Origin: an uncultured Gemmatimonadales bacterium
GTDB taxonomy: Bacteria > Gemmatimonadota > Gemmatimonadetes > Gemmatimonadales > GWC2-71-9
Assembly: GCA_963842945.1 (NCBI GenBank)
Contig: CAWJIM010000023.1
Location: 456,032-520,031, forward strand
Direction: 5' to 3'
Length of the DNA stretch: 64,000 nucleotides
Position 1 is the first letter of the stretch; each line of letters begins with the position of its first letter. The notes below the pieces were generated by a model that was given only the letters and a program-made list of their open reading frames with translations, was not told the DNA's origin and made no database searches. A program made the translations under genes and the position numbers. Positions 1-11,404 of the stretch are shown here, piece by piece.

Positions 1-646
1 CCCGCGCCCGAGCCTGGGCGTGGCCCCTGAGCCGCCGAAGCAGTATCTGCAGCCCGAGCACTAACAGCGGAACGAAGGCGAGTGTCAGGATGGTGAGCCG
101 GATCGAAATCTGGCTCAGGATGAAAAGCGTGGTCGCCACCACCACGAGATTCTGAAACAGCGACAGCAGCGAAGCCGTGATGACGGTCTTGGTCTGGTCC
201 ACCTCAGTGATCATCGAGGAAATGAGCTGACCCGCCCGGGTCCGCTGGAAGAAATCCATCTCCAGGGTCAGCAGATGGGAGAACAGGCGCGACCTCACGT
301 CGCGCACCAGCCCTTCCTGCGCTCGCACCGAGATTTGAGACGAGGCATAGCTCAGGACGTTTTTCAGCAGAAGTCCCAAAGCCAGGAGCACCACCAACCG
401 GCCTGCTGCCTGGCCCGGGCCGACTCCGGCCACCATCGGCTCGACCAGCTTGTCCATCAGCTCTTCCAACCGGGTGGAGCCGGGACGGAGCTGACCGGCG
501 GTGCCGAACAGGTGTTTGAGGAGAGGGATCAGGACAACGAGCGTGAATCCATCGAGCAGCGAGGCCAACGAGGTAGTGACCAGCCCCAGGGCGAGGAGAG
601 TTCGGTAGGGTCGGACCAGCCGGAGGAGCCGGAGCTCGGTGCGCAC
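1..646 (-). CDS. ABC transporter permease/ATP-binding protein, MsbA-like (5' part only; runs off the window edge)
   Basis: Translated by hand from GTG at 646: MRTELRLLRLVRPYRTLLALGLVTTSLASLLDGFTLVVLIPLLKHLFG..., with TM helices and a DFFQRTRAGQLISS motif typical of ABC exporter TMDs. Starts 2 nt after the PorX-like stop. Confidence 0.8.
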   Translation of the reverse strand, partial: MRTELRLLRLVRPYRTLLALGLVTTSLASLLDGFTLVVLIPLLKHLFGTAGQLRPGSTRLEELMDKLVEPMVAGVGPGQAAGRLVVLLALGLLLKNVLSYASSQISVRAQEGLVRDVRSRLFSHLLTLEMDFFQRTRAGQLISSMITEVDQTKTVITASLLSLFQNLVVVATTLFILSQISIRLTILTLAFVPLLVLGLQILLRRLRGHAQARAR

Positions 647-648
647 GC

Positions 649-2214
649 CTAGCCCTGTCGCGGAGTCAGCAGGGCGATCGGTAGGACAACTTCTTCCGGC
701 GAAACGCCGCCATGGAGAAATGCGCCCCGGTATCGCGCCTGATACTCGCGGAGCTTGGTCGGGTACACGAAGAAACGATCGCCGGTGGCTAGCAGGAGCC
801 GCGTGCCAGGCGACCTCGTCGGCAGCCCAAAGCTGGACAGATCCTCCACCACGACTGCCGACTCTGGATCCTGAGCCCGGAGATCTTCACCGAACTTGTA
901 TCTCAAATTCGAGGTCGTGTCGCGCTTGGCAAACACCGTGGCCGGCGTATGGCAGTGAATCGACCCATGGTCGGTGGTCAGCAGAACGGGCACCGCTCGC
1001 CGCTCCGCTTCCCGGAGCGCGTCCCACAGCGGGGAGCGCTCGAACCAGGTGCGGGTCAGGTTGCGCAGCGCCGGCGTGTCCCGCGCCACCTCGAACAGGG
1101 TGGAATTCTCGGTCCGTCCATGGGTGAGCTGGTCGATGAAGTTGAACACCAGCGCGGTGACGCCCTCCTTCGCCAGGTGGGCCGGGAGGCGCTTGAGCAG
1201 GCCTTCGCCATCCGCTGCGGTGAAGACCTTCTCGTAGTGGATGGGGACCGAACGGCCGGTGAGCTCGCGCATGTGCTCGCTCAGCAGCTCGGCTTCATGG
1301 GCGTTGAGACTGGCGTCCTCGCGGTCGTTCCACCAGTGGGGATAGCGGGCCTTGATCTCTGCCGGAAAGAGTCCGCTAAAGATGGCGTTGCGGGCAAAAG
1401 GCGTAGCGGTGGGCAGAATCGAAAAATAGTGCGCCGTCTCGATGTCAAACCGCGCGCTGATCAGCGGACGTATCATTGCCCACTGGTCCAGCCGGAGGCA
1501 GTCCACTACTACCAGCATGGCCCGGCCGTGGAGGTCCAGTATCGGACGGAGAAACTCCGCTCCGATATCCACCGAGAGCGGAGGACGGTCGCTCCCCTCC
1601 TCGCGCAGCCAGTTGGCGTAGTTTCGCTGCAGGTACCGCGCGAAATCCTGGCGGAGACTCTCCTGCAGAGTCCGCAACGCGTCCTGCAGCCCAGGCTCGT
1701 CCGCCTGACCGAGCCGGACTTCCCACTCGGCCAGCTCCACCACCAGCTCCACCCACTCGCGCCAGGCCAGGGGCCCGCCGCGCCGTGCCTCCAATTCACG
1801 AAAACGGGTAGCGAAGTCGCGGGAGAGCCGCTGCTGCCGGATGCGATCGCCCTCCAGCAACCGGGTGACCACTGAAAGAATCTGCCGGGGGTTCACCGGC
1901 TTGATCAGATAGTCGGAGATCTCCGCGCCAATGGCGTCCTTGAGGGTGTCGGGCTCTTCGCTCTTGGTCACCATCACCACGGGCATGCCGTGGTCGATAG
2001 CCCGGATGGCCTGAAACAGATCGAGCCCACGCCGGCCCGGCATCTGCTCATCCAACAGCACCACGCCATAGGGCTGCCGCTGGAGCAAAACCAGCGCGTC
2101 GTCACCATGCGTGCTGGTCTCGACCGCGAATCCCTGCTCTTCCAGAAACATGATGTGTGACGTGAGGCTTTCGACCTCGTCGTCCACCCAGAGAATACTT
2201 TTTGGACGGGGCAT
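649..2214 (-). CDS. Response regulator with PglZ (alkaline-phosphatase-superfamily) domain, PorX-like
   Basis: N-terminal REC (ILWVDDE, LLDEQMPG, YLIKP); C-terminal PglZ motifs VVDCLRLDQW, LPTATPFARNAIFSG, TTDHG, HGGVS. Confidence 0.85.
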   Translation of the reverse strand: MPRPKSILWVDDEVESLTSHIMFLEEQGFAVETSTHGDDALVLLQRQPYGVVLLDEQMPGRRGLDLFQAIRAIDHGMPVVMVTKSEEPDTLKDAIGAEISDYLIKPVNPRQILSVVTRLLEGDRIRQQRLSRDFATRFRELEARRGGPLAWREWVELVVELAEWEVRLGQADEPGLQDALRTLQESLRQDFARYLQRNYANWLREEGSDRPPLSVDIGAEFLRPILDLHGRAMLVVVDCLRLDQWAMIRPLISARFDIETAHYFSILPTATPFARNAIFSGLFPAEIKARYPHWWNDREDASLNAHEAELLSEHMRELTGRSVPIHYEKVFTAADGEGLLKRLPAHLAKEGVTALVFNFIDQLTHGRTENSTLFEVARDTPALRNLTRTWFERSPLWDALREAERRAVPVLLTTDHGSIHCHTPATVFAKRDTTSNLRYKFGEDLRAQDPESAVVVEDLSSFGLPTRSPGTRLLLATGDRFFVYPTKLREYQARYRGAFLHGGVSPEEVVLPIALLTPRQG

Positions 2215-2238
2215 GTCGTAAACTAAAGGCGGAAACGC

Positions 2239-2300
2239 TGAACGGTGAAGGGTGAACCGACCGGGAGCTTCAATTCACCGTTTACCGTTTACCGTTCACG
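2239..2300. repeat. Hairpin element: TGAAnnG 7-mers followed by inverted TTyACCG 7-mers
   Basis: tgaacgg-tgaaggg-tgaaccg ... ttcaccg-tttaccg-tttaccg-ttcacg. Confidence 0.75.
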
Positions 2301-2314
2301 CAGTACCTTGACGC

Positions 2315-3337
2315 GTGCCCGACGCCGTTTCACCGCCCAATATTCTCGCCGTACGTTTCAGCTCCATCGGCGACGTGCTGCTTACCACGCCGCTGCTGCG
2401 CGCTTTGAAATCCCGCTACCCGTCGGCCCGGATCACCTTTCTTACCAAGGATCCATACGTTCCCCTCCTGAGTGCTAACCCGCATGTCAGCGAAGTGATC
2501 GGGATAACCCGCCAGCGTGGTCTGAGTGACCTGGCCGCAGAGCTCCGGCAACACCGCTTCACCCATCTGCTGGACCTCCACGACAGCTTGCGCTCCCGAG
2601 CGCTCCGGCTCCTGGTGCCGGGCAACTGGACGAGCTACCCGAAACACCGAATTGCACGTGCCATCCTGATTCACACCAAGCGCAATGTGTACCGGGATTC
2701 TCGGCCGGTGGCCGAACGATACTTCTCGGCAGCCCGTGAGCTGGAGGTAAAGCCGGATGGCGGTCCACCTGATCTGTTCTGGGATTCGGCCGCGGAGCGG
2801 ATGGTACTCGGATGGTTCCATCAGGCGGGTGTTCCCGAGATGACCCGTCCGGTTGCCCTCGCTCCGGGAGCAGCCCACGCCACCAAGCGCTGGCCCGTGG
2901 AGCACTGGCGAGATCTGACCCGCCACCTGGTCGAGCAGGGATGCCAGGTGATAGTGATTGGTGGACCCGACGACGCGTCGCTGGGTTCCGATCTTGCTCG
3001 TGTGGCTCCGCACCAGGTGCTCAATGCAGTGGGGCAGTTCCAGCTCCAGGAGACTGGAGCTCTGCTCCAGCGAGCGTCCGTGGTGGTCTCCGGCGATACC
3101 GGGGTGATGCACATGGCCACTGCGGTAGGCACTCCCGTCGTGGCCCTCTTCGGGCCTACGGTCCAGCCATTCGGATTCTTTCCCTACAGCAAGCGGGCAC
3201 GCGTGCTGGAGCTGACCCTGGGTTGCCGACCGTGCACCAGCAAGGGTGGCTCCCGCTGTCCTCTGGGCCATCATCGTTGTCTGCGGGATATCACTCCGGA
3301 ATTGGTGCACGAGGCGCTATGCCGGACCGTGTTGTAA
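2315..3337 (+). CDS. Glycosyltransferase family 9 (LPS heptosyltransferase, WaaF-like)
   Basis: RFSSIGDVLL, PGAAHATKRWP, DTGVMHMATA, ALFGPT motifs. Confidence 0.9.
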   Translation: MPDAVSPPNILAVRFSSIGDVLLTTPLLRALKSRYPSARITFLTKDPYVPLLSANPHVSEVIGITRQRGLSDLAAELRQHRFTHLLDLHDSLRSRALRLLVPGNWTSYPKHRIARAILIHTKRNVYRDSRPVAERYFSAARELEVKPDGGPPDLFWDSAAERMVLGWFHQAGVPEMTRPVALAPGAAHATKRWPVEHWRDLTRHLVEQGCQVIVIGGPDDASLGSDLARVAPHQVLNAVGQFQLQETGALLQRASVVVSGDTGVMHMATAVGTPVVALFGPTVQPFGFFPYSKRARVLELTLGCRPCTSKGGSRCPLGHHRCLRDITPELVHEALCRTVL

Positions 3338-3720
3338 ATGGATGGGACCCGGCAGCCGTCGCGTTGCTTTCGCTGCTGACCCAGACCGGACGCGGGCCCA
3401 AGCGCGGCGGGCTATTTGCGTTGTGGCTCACCCTCAGGGTGGCCCAGGATCTCCTGGTGGATGGGGCTTGGCAGGAACGGGCCCAACGCCGCCGGGTTCA
3501 GGCTCTGGAGCGACGGCTCTCGAGCCTGGCGATGCCCTCTCCGCTACGGCGCGCACTAGTGGCAGCGGTGGGCCAGCTGCGGGAGCTCCGGCCGGAGACT
3601 GTTCCCCAGATCCTGAGTCAGCTGGTTGCGCCGGCGCGGGAGACCGAAGGCTCCGAGGCCGCGGAGGCTCTTACTTTGGCAGTGCGCCGGGCCAAGCAGC
3701 AGATCAGAGGCGAGACTTAA
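3319..3720 (+). CDS. Hypothetical helical protein (133 aa)
   Basis: 3' part of ORF 2812..3720; overlaps the GT9 stop and ends 2 nt before the next gene; start codon uncertain. Confidence 0.55.
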   Translation: MPDRVVNGWDPAAVALLSLLTQTGRGPKRGGLFALWLTLRVAQDLLVDGAWQERAQRRRVQALERRLSSLAMPSPLRRALVAAVGQLRELRPETVPQILSQLVAPARETEGSEAAEALTLAVRRAKQQIRGET

Positions 3721-3722
3721 CC

Positions 3723-4599
3723 ATGCGGCGTCCCTCAAAACACTCCGCCCGCGGATCGGATTCGATGCTGGAAGAGCTGGTGACCCAGATCGATCAACGC
3801 TCGGGCCAAAGCCTCCCAGCCGACACTGTCCCCACCGGCTTTCCTTCACTCGATAAGGTGCTGGCCGGGGGTCTTCGGCAAAAAGACCTCATCGTGCTGG
3901 CCGGCGATGTCGGCAGCGGGAAGTCGGCGCTGGCTCTGGAAATCGGGATCCGCGCCGCAGCCGCGCAGGTACCGACGTTGTACCTGTCGGGCGAAATGAG
4001 TCCCGATCGCGTGCTCGAGCGGGCTCTGGCAATCGAAGGCCGCAGCAGCATCGATGACTTACGGCAGGGGCGCCTGGATGATTCGGGCCGGGCCGCGGTC
4101 GGGGCGGCAGCGCTGCGACTGCGGAATGCCCCGCTCCTGGTGCGGCCGCTGCTGGGCTCCAGCTTCGATGAAGTCGCGGTTGGCCATTGATATCGTGCCG
4201 CGGCGTCGTCTACTGATCGTAGACTCGCTTCAGCTCACTACGCCGCCCCGCTCGGCCGCCAGGCTTCAGGAACGGGTGGCGCTAGCGGTTCGAGCCTTGA
4301 AGGCGCTCGCAGTGGAATGGGATCTGGCGGTAGTGGTTACAGCCCAGCTTCCGGGACACCGGGCCAGCCGTCCCGATCCCCGCCCTACCCTCGACGACCT
4401 CGGCGGATTCGGTGCGGTCAAGCAGAATGCTGATGTAGTCCTGATGATCTATCGGGAGGAGATGTACCGCCCGGGTCAGGGAGTTGAGGGTGCAGCGGAG
4501 CTCATTGTCGCCAAAAATCGCAACGGGTCGCCCGGGTTTGTTGACCTCTACTTCTATCCGCGGTGGCTCCGGTTCGTGGACATGCTCGACCCCGATTGA
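3723..4599 (+). CDS. DnaB-like helicase, C-terminal (RecA-fold) domain only; one frameshift near 4178
   Basis: VPTGFPSLD, Walker A GDVGSGKS and LSGEMS in the first frame; IVDSLQL, ADVVLMIYR, AELIVAKNRNG in the next frame. Confidence 0.8.
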
Positions 4600-4615
4600 T
4601 TCTCGAGGAGCGCCC

Positions 4616-5066
4616 CTAGCTTCGCGGCTTCTTGCTGCTGGAGCTATCCGCTTTTGGGTGCGCCGCCGTCGAGTCCTTCTCCAGAGCGGCACCGGTCAGC
4701 TGAACCATGGTGCCCGAACGGTCGCTAGCCCGCCAGATCCTCACCCACAGCGGTGGGCCATCGTGCTCCGCGTACAGCGCGGTAACCCCATCCTTCCCCT
4801 TGATGTCACTGACCAGCCGCCACTCTCCCTTACTGAGCAGGTTGCGATAGTAGTGAGTGACCTGGCTGTCGTCGGCCGGCGTGTGGATGGTCAGCTGAAT
4901 GGCCCCCGCTCCGCCAACCTGCGAGACCAGCTCCGGATTGGGCGGAAGAGGAAGAGAGGAGAAAGCGTCTTGGAAGGCAGGAGGCTTTGGCTTGCGCGAT
5001 TCGGACTCGCAGGCGAGCAACAACACTACGCAATGCGACCGAAAACAGGAGTCGTGTTTTGGGCAT
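4616..5066 (-). CDS. Hypothetical lipoprotein; frameshift in the signal peptide near 5030
   Basis: MPKTRLLFSVAL joins VVLLLAC-ESESRK (lipobox) across a one-base shift. Confidence 0.55.
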
Positions 5067-5095
5067 AGAGGGGTGAGACTAGTGGAGTGAATTCG

Positions 5096-5124
5096 TTGCC
5101 GCAAGCGGGTGCGCCGCTTATGTT
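5096..5124 (+). promoter_or_regulatory. Candidate sigma70 promoter for the yebC-ruv superoperon
   Basis: TTGCCG-17 nt-TATGTT; RBS aaggag before ATG 5183. Confidence 0.45.
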
Positions 5125-5182
5125 TCCCTAGCCGCACCGCTTTCCGCAACCTCCCATCCGCTGTTTCGAAGGAGTTCGGCTC

Positions 5183-5932
5183 ATGGCCGGCCATAGCAAG
5201 TGGAAGCAGATCAAACGGAAGAAGGCGATCACCGACGCCAAGCGGGCCTCGTCCTGGACTAAGGTGATCCGGGAGATCACCGTGGCGGCCCGAAGTGGCG
5301 GGGGCGATCCGGGAGGGAACCCTCGGCTGCGGACGGCAATCGATGCGGCCAAGGCGGTCAACATGCCGGGGGAGAACATCGACCGCGCCATCAAGAAAGG
5401 CACCGGCGAGCTGGAGGGAAGCGTCTACGAGGAGCTGACCTACGAAGGTTATGGCCCGGGAGGCGCGGCCATTTTCATCGAGGCCACTACCGACAATCCC
5501 AACCGGACAGTGGCGGAAATCCGTCACGCCTTCAGCCGGAACGGTGGAAATCTGGGGGCCACGAATTCCGTGGCTTGGATGTTCGACCGCAAGGGCCAGA
5601 TCTATCTCGACGCTGCTCGGCACGATGAAGACGGTGCCCTTGAGGCGGCGCTGGAGAGCGGCGCTGAAGATTTCGTCCGCGAAGGCGATCAGTACATCGT
5701 TACCACCACTCCATCACAGCTCCACGCCGTCCAGGACGCCCTGCGCAGCCGTGGGTTCACCTTTGATTCGGCCGAGCTGGCGATGGTTCCCCGCAACACG
5801 GTTCGCGTGGAAGGAGCCGACGCCGAGCGTATGGTACGGCTCATGGACGTGCTCGAAGAGCTGGATGACGTTTCCAAGGTTTTCTCCAACTTCGATATCG
5901 ACGCAGCCCAGCTGGCCGAGGCGGAAGCCTGA
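5183..5932 (+). CDS. yebC: YebC/PmpR family protein
   Basis: MAGHSKW, YEGYGPGG, TDNPNRT, DDVSKVFSN. Confidence 0.95.
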   Translation: MAGHSKWKQIKRKKAITDAKRASSWTKVIREITVAARSGGGDPGGNPRLRTAIDAAKAVNMPGENIDRAIKKGTGELEGSVYEELTYEGYGPGGAAIFIEATTDNPNRTVAEIRHAFSRNGGNLGATNSVAWMFDRKGQIYLDAARHDEDGALEAALESGAEDFVREGDQYIVTTTPSQLHAVQDALRSRGFTFDSAELAMVPRNTVRVEGADAERMVRLMDVLEELDDVSKVFSNFDIDAAQLAEAEA

Positions 5933-5942
5933 GGGCACCCCG

Positions 5943-6455
5943 GTGAGGGTGCTCGGCATCGATCCGGGAACTGCGGTGCTGGGGTATGGGGTGGTCGATG
6001 GCGGATCGGGCCGACATCCCGTGCTGGTCGAGTGCGGCACCCTGACGGCCCCCTCCCGAGCGCCGCTACCGGTCCGCCTTCGCGTGCTCTATGAGGGCGT
6101 CAGTGAGCTGCTCAGCCGCCACACTCCTGGAGCATTGGCGGTCGAAAGCGCCTTTTACGGGCGCAACGTTCGCACCGCTGTGGTATTGAGTCATGCGCGC
6201 GGAGTGATCCTGCTGGCCGGCGAGCTCGCCAGGGTGGATCTCGCGGAGTACTCTCCGGCCTCGGTCAAGAAAGCCATTGTCGGACGAGGCGCCGCCCTGA
6301 AGCCCCAAGTGGGCTACATGGTGGCGCAGCTCCTTCGACTGAGCGCCCCCCCGTCCCCGGAAGACGCAGCCGACGCCGTCGCCGTGGCTCTTACCCACCT
6401 CATGATCGGCACCCGCCGTGCTCTGTTCGCGCCGCAGGTGGCGAGCCGCCTGTGA
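5943..6455 (+). CDS. ruvC: Holliday junction resolvase RuvC
   Basis: VLGIDPG, AVESAF, VKKAIVGRG, DAADAVAVALTH; GTG start at 5943. Confidence 0.95.
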   Translation: MRVLGIDPGTAVLGYGVVDGGSGRHPVLVECGTLTAPSRAPLPVRLRVLYEGVSELLSRHTPGALAVESAFYGRNVRTAVVLSHARGVILLAGELARVDLAEYSPASVKKAIVGRGAALKPQVGYMVAQLLRLSAPPSPEDAADAVAVALTHLMIGTRRALFAPQVASRL

Positions 6456-7051
6456 TCGCCACGTTGACCGGGGTCGTGGCTGAGCGCGATGGCGAATCGC
6501 TCGTGGTTCAAACCGATGGAGGTGTAGGCTACGCCGTGAGCGTGCCGGTCGGCGTGGCGCAACGCCTGCCGTCCCGAGGCGCGCGTGTGAGTCTCTTCAC
6601 CGAGCTGGTGGTGAAAGAAGACGGCTGGTCGTTGTACGGTTTCGATAGCTCAGTGGAACGGCTGGTGTTCCGCCATCTTTTGAGCGCCAGTGGATTCGGG
6701 CCCAAGCTCGCCCTTGCCCTCCTTTCAGCGCTCGGTCCCGAACGCACGGTTCGCAGCATCCAGGCCCGGGACCTGTCCACGCTCAGCTCGGTGAGTGGCA
6801 TCGGGCGCAAAAAGGCGGAACGGTTGGTGCTCGAGCTGCAGGATCGATTCAGCGATGTGGTGGTCGAAACGAAGCTCCCCCGAGTTGAAGGTTCGGAGGA
6901 TGCAGTGCGGGCACTGGTGGGGCTCGGCTACGGCATGGCGGCGGCCGACGATGCAGTGCGTACCGCGTTGGCCGAAGGAGTGCCCCGGGAAACGCCTCAG
7001 CTCATTCGTCGGGCACTGCAGCAACTGACTCCTTCTCGGGGAGGCGTATAA
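6452..7051 (+). CDS. ruvA: Holliday junction branch migration protein RuvA
   Basis: GGVGY, LYGF, SGFGPKLAL, SGIGRKKAERLVLEL, ALVGLGY. Confidence 0.95.
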   Translation: MIATLTGVVAERDGESLVVQTDGGVGYAVSVPVGVAQRLPSRGARVSLFTELVVKEDGWSLYGFDSSVERLVFRHLLSASGFGPKLALALLSALGPERTVRSIQARDLSTLSSVSGIGRKKAERLVLELQDRFSDVVVETKLPRVEGSEDAVRALVGLGYGMAAADDAVRTALAEGVPRETPQLIRRALQQLTPSRGGV

Positions 7052-7053
7052 GC

Positions 7054-7230
7054 ATGGTGACTCCGGCCACGACGGCCGAATGGATCTGCACCCGTTGCGG
7101 TGCGACCAATCGGAAGCTGGTCCCGCTCCGGACAACGCAGACCGCGGACCGATGCGTCACGTGTCACGCCGAACACGTGGTGGAGCTCGACAGCCGTCCG
7201 GTTCGGTGGCGGGCGCGTTTAGAAGAGTGA
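7054..7230 (+). CDS. Small Zn-ribbon protein (58 aa), not in the ORF track
   Basis: [66 protein letters not shown]; fills the ruvA-ruvB gap. Confidence 0.75.
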   Translation: MVTPATTAEWICTRCGATNRKLVPLRTTQTADRCVTCHAEHVVELDSRPVRWRARLEE

Positions 7231-7249
7231 GCGCTTACGTTTCTCTGCT

Positions 7250-8275
7250 ATGACCCGACTTCAGATCACCACTCCCGAAGCAATACCCGAGGAAAGCAGC
7301 GCCGACGCGGCCCTCAGGCCCTCGCGGCTGGATGAGTTCGTGGGTCAGAGCCAGGTCAAGGCCTCGCTCCAGATCGCCATCGATGCCGCGAAGAAGCGCC
7401 GGGAAACCCTCGACCATACCCTGTTCTTCGGGCCGCCTGGCCTGGGCAAGACCACGCTGGCGATGTTGATGGCCCGGGAAATGGGGGTACAACTTCGGAC
7501 CACCTCCGGTCCCGTACTGGAGAAGCCAGGCGATCTGGTTGGCTTGCTCACCTCGCTCACTGCCGGTGACATGCTGTTCATCGACGAGATTCACCGTCTG
7601 CGGCCGGCGCTCGAAGAGTTTCTCTACGCCGCCATGGAGGACTTCCGGATCGACGTACGGATCGCCGAGGGCCCCAACGCCCAGACGATTCCGATGACAC
7701 TGGAGAAGTTCACCCTCATCGGCGCGACTACCCGCTTCGGCTTGCTGACGCCGCCCATGCGAGCCCGATTTGGGATCGTCGAACGGTTGAGCTTCTACCC
7801 CGCCGATGAGCTCCGCCAGATCGTCACCCGCTCGGCCGCGATTCTGGGCGTGCCGATGGAGCCGGCTGGGGCCGATGAGATCGCCCGCAGGAGTCGGGGA
7901 ACACCGCGCGTCGCCAACCGCCTCCTGCGCCGAGTCAGGGACTACGCGGAGGTCAAGGCAGACGGCACCATCACCTCTGACGTTGCCGTTTCGGCCCTCG
8001 CGCGGCTCAACGTGGATGAATTCGGGTTGGACGACATGGACGCCCGGATTCTCAGCACCATCATCGAGAAGTTCAGCGGCGGACCGGTAGGGCTAGGCAC
8101 CGTGGCTGTGGCCGTGGGCGAAGATGCCGGGACGCTGCAGGATGTCTACGAGCCCTATCTGATTCAGCAGGGCTTCCTCGAGCGCACCCCTCGCGGACGG
8201 TGCGCCACCGCGCTGGCCTACCGCCGGTTCGGACTCAAGCCGCCCGCAGTCCAAGCGACCATCTTTGACGGCTGA
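7250..8275 (+). CDS. ruvB: Holliday junction branch migration helicase RuvB
   Basis: [40 protein letters not shown]. Confidence 0.97.
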   Translation: MTRLQITTPEAIPEESSADAALRPSRLDEFVGQSQVKASLQIAIDAAKKRRETLDHTLFFGPPGLGKTTLAMLMAREMGVQLRTTSGPVLEKPGDLVGLLTSLTAGDMLFIDEIHRLRPALEEFLYAAMEDFRIDVRIAEGPNAQTIPMTLEKFTLIGATTRFGLLTPPMRARFGIVERLSFYPADELRQIVTRSAAILGVPMEPAGADEIARRSRGTPRVANRLLRRVRDYAEVKADGTITSDVAVSALARLNVDEFGLDDMDARILSTIIEKFSGGPVGLGTVAVAVGEDAGTLQDVYEPYLIQQGFLERTPRGRCATALAYRRFGLKPPAVQATIFDG

Positions 8276-9311
8276 GCAGCTCCAGACCTCCGATTTCGAT
8301 TACCACCTTCCGACCGAGCTGATCGCCCAGAAACCATCGTCCGACCGGGGGGGAAGTCGGCTTCTGGTCGTCCGACGTGCGGCCGGCAACCAGGCTGCGC
8401 TCGAGGACGCCCGGTTTGCCGACCTTCCCCGTCTTCTCTCCCCCGGCGATCTGCTGGTGCTCAATACCACCCGGGTGCGGCATGCTCGGCTGCTGGGCAC
8501 GCGTCGGTCCGGCGCGCCCGCGGAAATTCTGCTGATTCATCCGGGACCGGCAGATACCTGGATCGCGATGGGAAAACCGGGGGCTGCGCTGCGGCCAGGC
8601 AAACGGGTGCAACTCGGAGAGGACGCAGCGGTGGAGACGGTGGAGGTACTCGGCGATGGAAACCGGCTGGTGCGGTTCGTGGGGCTGTCTGCGGATGAAG
8701 CCATGGCGCGTTACGGCCGGTTGCCGCTCCCGCCATATATCCAGCGCGCTCCAGATCAGGAAGATGAAGTCCGCTATCAGACGGTCTACGCCCAGGCGGA
8801 AGGAAGTGTTGCCGCTCCCACGGCCGGACTCCATTTCACACCCTCTCTGCTTCAGAGTCTCCGCTCGGCCGGCGTTCTGATCGAAGGCCTGGACCTGCAG
8901 GTTGGGCCCGGCACCTTCAAGCCGGTGGAGGTGGAAGACCCCGAGCAGCACGAGATGCACCCGGAGCGCTACGAGATCGGCGCCAGGCTCGCCGATTGTG
9001 TCGCGCGGGTGCGCGCGCAGGGTGGCCGAGTCTGGGCGGTCGGTACCACCGTCGTTCGTGCCCTCGAGAGCGCGGCGCTGTCCGACGATACGCTGCGGGC
9101 CGGCAGCGCCGAAACGAGGCTCATGATCCTGCCGGGCTATACCTTTCGCGTGGTCGACCGGCTGCTCACCAACTTTCATCTGCCTCGATCAACCTTGCTG
9201 ATGTTGGTGTCCGCGTTTGCCGGTCGCGAGCGCACCCTTGCGGCATATCGCCATGCTGTGGCGCAGCGGTACCGCTTCTATTCGTATGGCGACGCGATGG
9301 TGATCATCTGA
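8265..9311 (+). CDS. queA: S-adenosylmethionine:tRNA ribosyltransferase-isomerase
   Basis: [46 protein letters not shown]. Confidence 0.97.
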   Translation: MTAEQLQTSDFDYHLPTELIAQKPSSDRGGSRLLVVRRAAGNQAALEDARFADLPRLLSPGDLLVLNTTRVRHARLLGTRRSGAPAEILLIHPGPADTWIAMGKPGAALRPGKRVQLGEDAAVETVEVLGDGNRLVRFVGLSADEAMARYGRLPLPPYIQRAPDQEDEVRYQTVYAQAEGSVAAPTAGLHFTPSLLQSLRSAGVLIEGLDLQVGPGTFKPVEVEDPEQHEMHPERYEIGARLADCVARVRAQGGRVWAVGTTVVRALESAALSDDTLRAGSAETRLMILPGYTFRVVDRLLTNFHLPRSTLLMLVSAFAGRERTLAAYRHAVAQRYRFYSYGDAMVII

Positions 9312-9324
9312 TGCGGAGCCCTCG

Positions 9325-11077
<1,753 letters not shown>

Positions 11078-11078
<1 letters not shown>

Positions 11079-11404
11079 TGTTACAGACCGGGTCCGGCAG
11101 CGGACTTTCCGTCCTCGTCCTTCAGATGGCAGCTATCGGTCTGGTGTTCTACTTCCTGATCCTGCGTCCGTCGGGACAGGCCCGAAAGCGCCACGCCGAG
11201 CTGCTGACCAAGCTCAAGAAGGGCGACGAGGTAATGACCAGCGGAGGGATCATTGGCCGGGTTCGGGAGATCAAGGAGATCGAGGCGGACGGCCTCAAGG
11301 AAGTGCGGGTGACGGTCGAGAGCGGCACCGCAACCGTTGTGGTGGAGCGGTCGCGCATCGTCCGGGTGGGCAACAGCGCGGCTGCCGCAGGGCCGGCCGC
11401 GTGA
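11078..11404 (+). CDS. yajC: Preprotein translocase subunit YajC
   Basis: FYFLILRP, LKKGDEVMTSGGIIG; directly after tgt (TGATG overlap). Confidence 0.93.

Noticed and set aside
649..2214. BREX phage-defence system suggested by the PglZ domain
   Set aside because: PglZ is fused to a receiver domain (PorX architecture) and no brxC, pglX or brxL genes are nearby.
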